Assembly: GCF_006345805.1 (NCBI RefSeq)
Contig: NW_021833023.1
Location: 16,342-80,341 of the forward strand
From: Octopus sinensis
Taxonomy: Eukaryota
Length of the DNA stretch: 64,000 bases
Reading direction: 5' to 3'
A program made the position numbers and the translations under genes. This document shows, piece by piece, positions 63,390 to 64,000 of the stretch (positions are counted from its first letter, which is position 1; each line of letters opens with the position of its first letter). Under the pieces are notes generated by a model. That model had not been told where the DNA came from and made no database searches. It saw only the letters and a list, made by a program, of their open reading frames with translations.

Positions 63390-64000
63390 TGTGCAAGAAA
63401 CAAAGTTTAGTCTTATTTCTGAAAGAACTTTCTGTGAAATGAATAAAAAAAAGAGGATCAAGCATGTAATAGGAGAGAAGGACAAGGATGAAATACAAAG
63501 ATATCATGTCAGACAGATTGAAGAGGAACGTCTGCATGGCCAATTCTGGAGAGTCACTAAAGACATATTGTGGAACAAAATCCTGGGCTTGGTTAAAAAG
63601 GGGCCAATTAAAAAAAGAAACAGAGAGCCTAATTGTAACAGTCCAAGATCAAGCGATAAAAACAAACAACTTGAGTAAAAATATATATGGAGAGAATGTG
63701 TCAGAAAAATGTAGAGCCTGTGGAACTTGGAATGAGTCAGTGGCACACATTGTGGAAGAATGCCCCAAGTTGGCACAGGAAGAATATAAGAAACAGAGGC
63801 ACGACCAGGTTGTAAAAGTTTTACACTGGAAACTGTGCCAGAAATGGGGATCTGAAGCTGGAAACACAAGTATTGGAGTTGGAGAAATGTAAGATTTTGT
63901 GGGTCTTTCCTATTTAAATGGAGAAAAAGTTAGAAAACAATAGACTAGATATTACAGTCATAGATAAGGAAAAGAGAAGCTGCTTACTTATCGACCCATC
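63390..64000 (+). mobile_element. R4/Dong-like LINE C-terminal fragment running off the window
   Basis: KKETESLIV..QDQA, CRACGTWNESVAHIVEEC and RHDQVVKVLHWKLC motifs. Confidence 0.85.

Overview
AT-rich, repeat-dense animal genomic DNA. The mix of LINEs, SINEs and microsatellites suggests a cephalopod such as Octopus (inference). The only host gene I can support is the 3' part of a minus-strand PARP14-like mono-ADP-ribosyltransferase. Nine GT-AG, phase-compatible exons lie between 59680 and 19771 (about 593 aa: macrodomain, acidic linker/KH-like region, WWE, ART domain with an H-Y-I triad), and the 5' exons were not found. The rest is mostly decayed transposons: R4/Dong, RTE, Tx1-like, I-group and CR1-group LINEs, Penelope-like elements (PLEs), hAT, mariner and MITE DNA transposons, a solo LTR, a foldback element and several SINE families. 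The most unusual signal is a short element that fuses a tRNA-derived Pol III head to a PLE-type minimal hammerhead ribozyme, present in three copies. One copy sits 27 nt after a Penelope ORF stop and two form an inverted dimer. Further hammerhead-like motifs and long palindromes lie inside the PARP introns. All TE family names come from motif recognition by eye, not from database searches.
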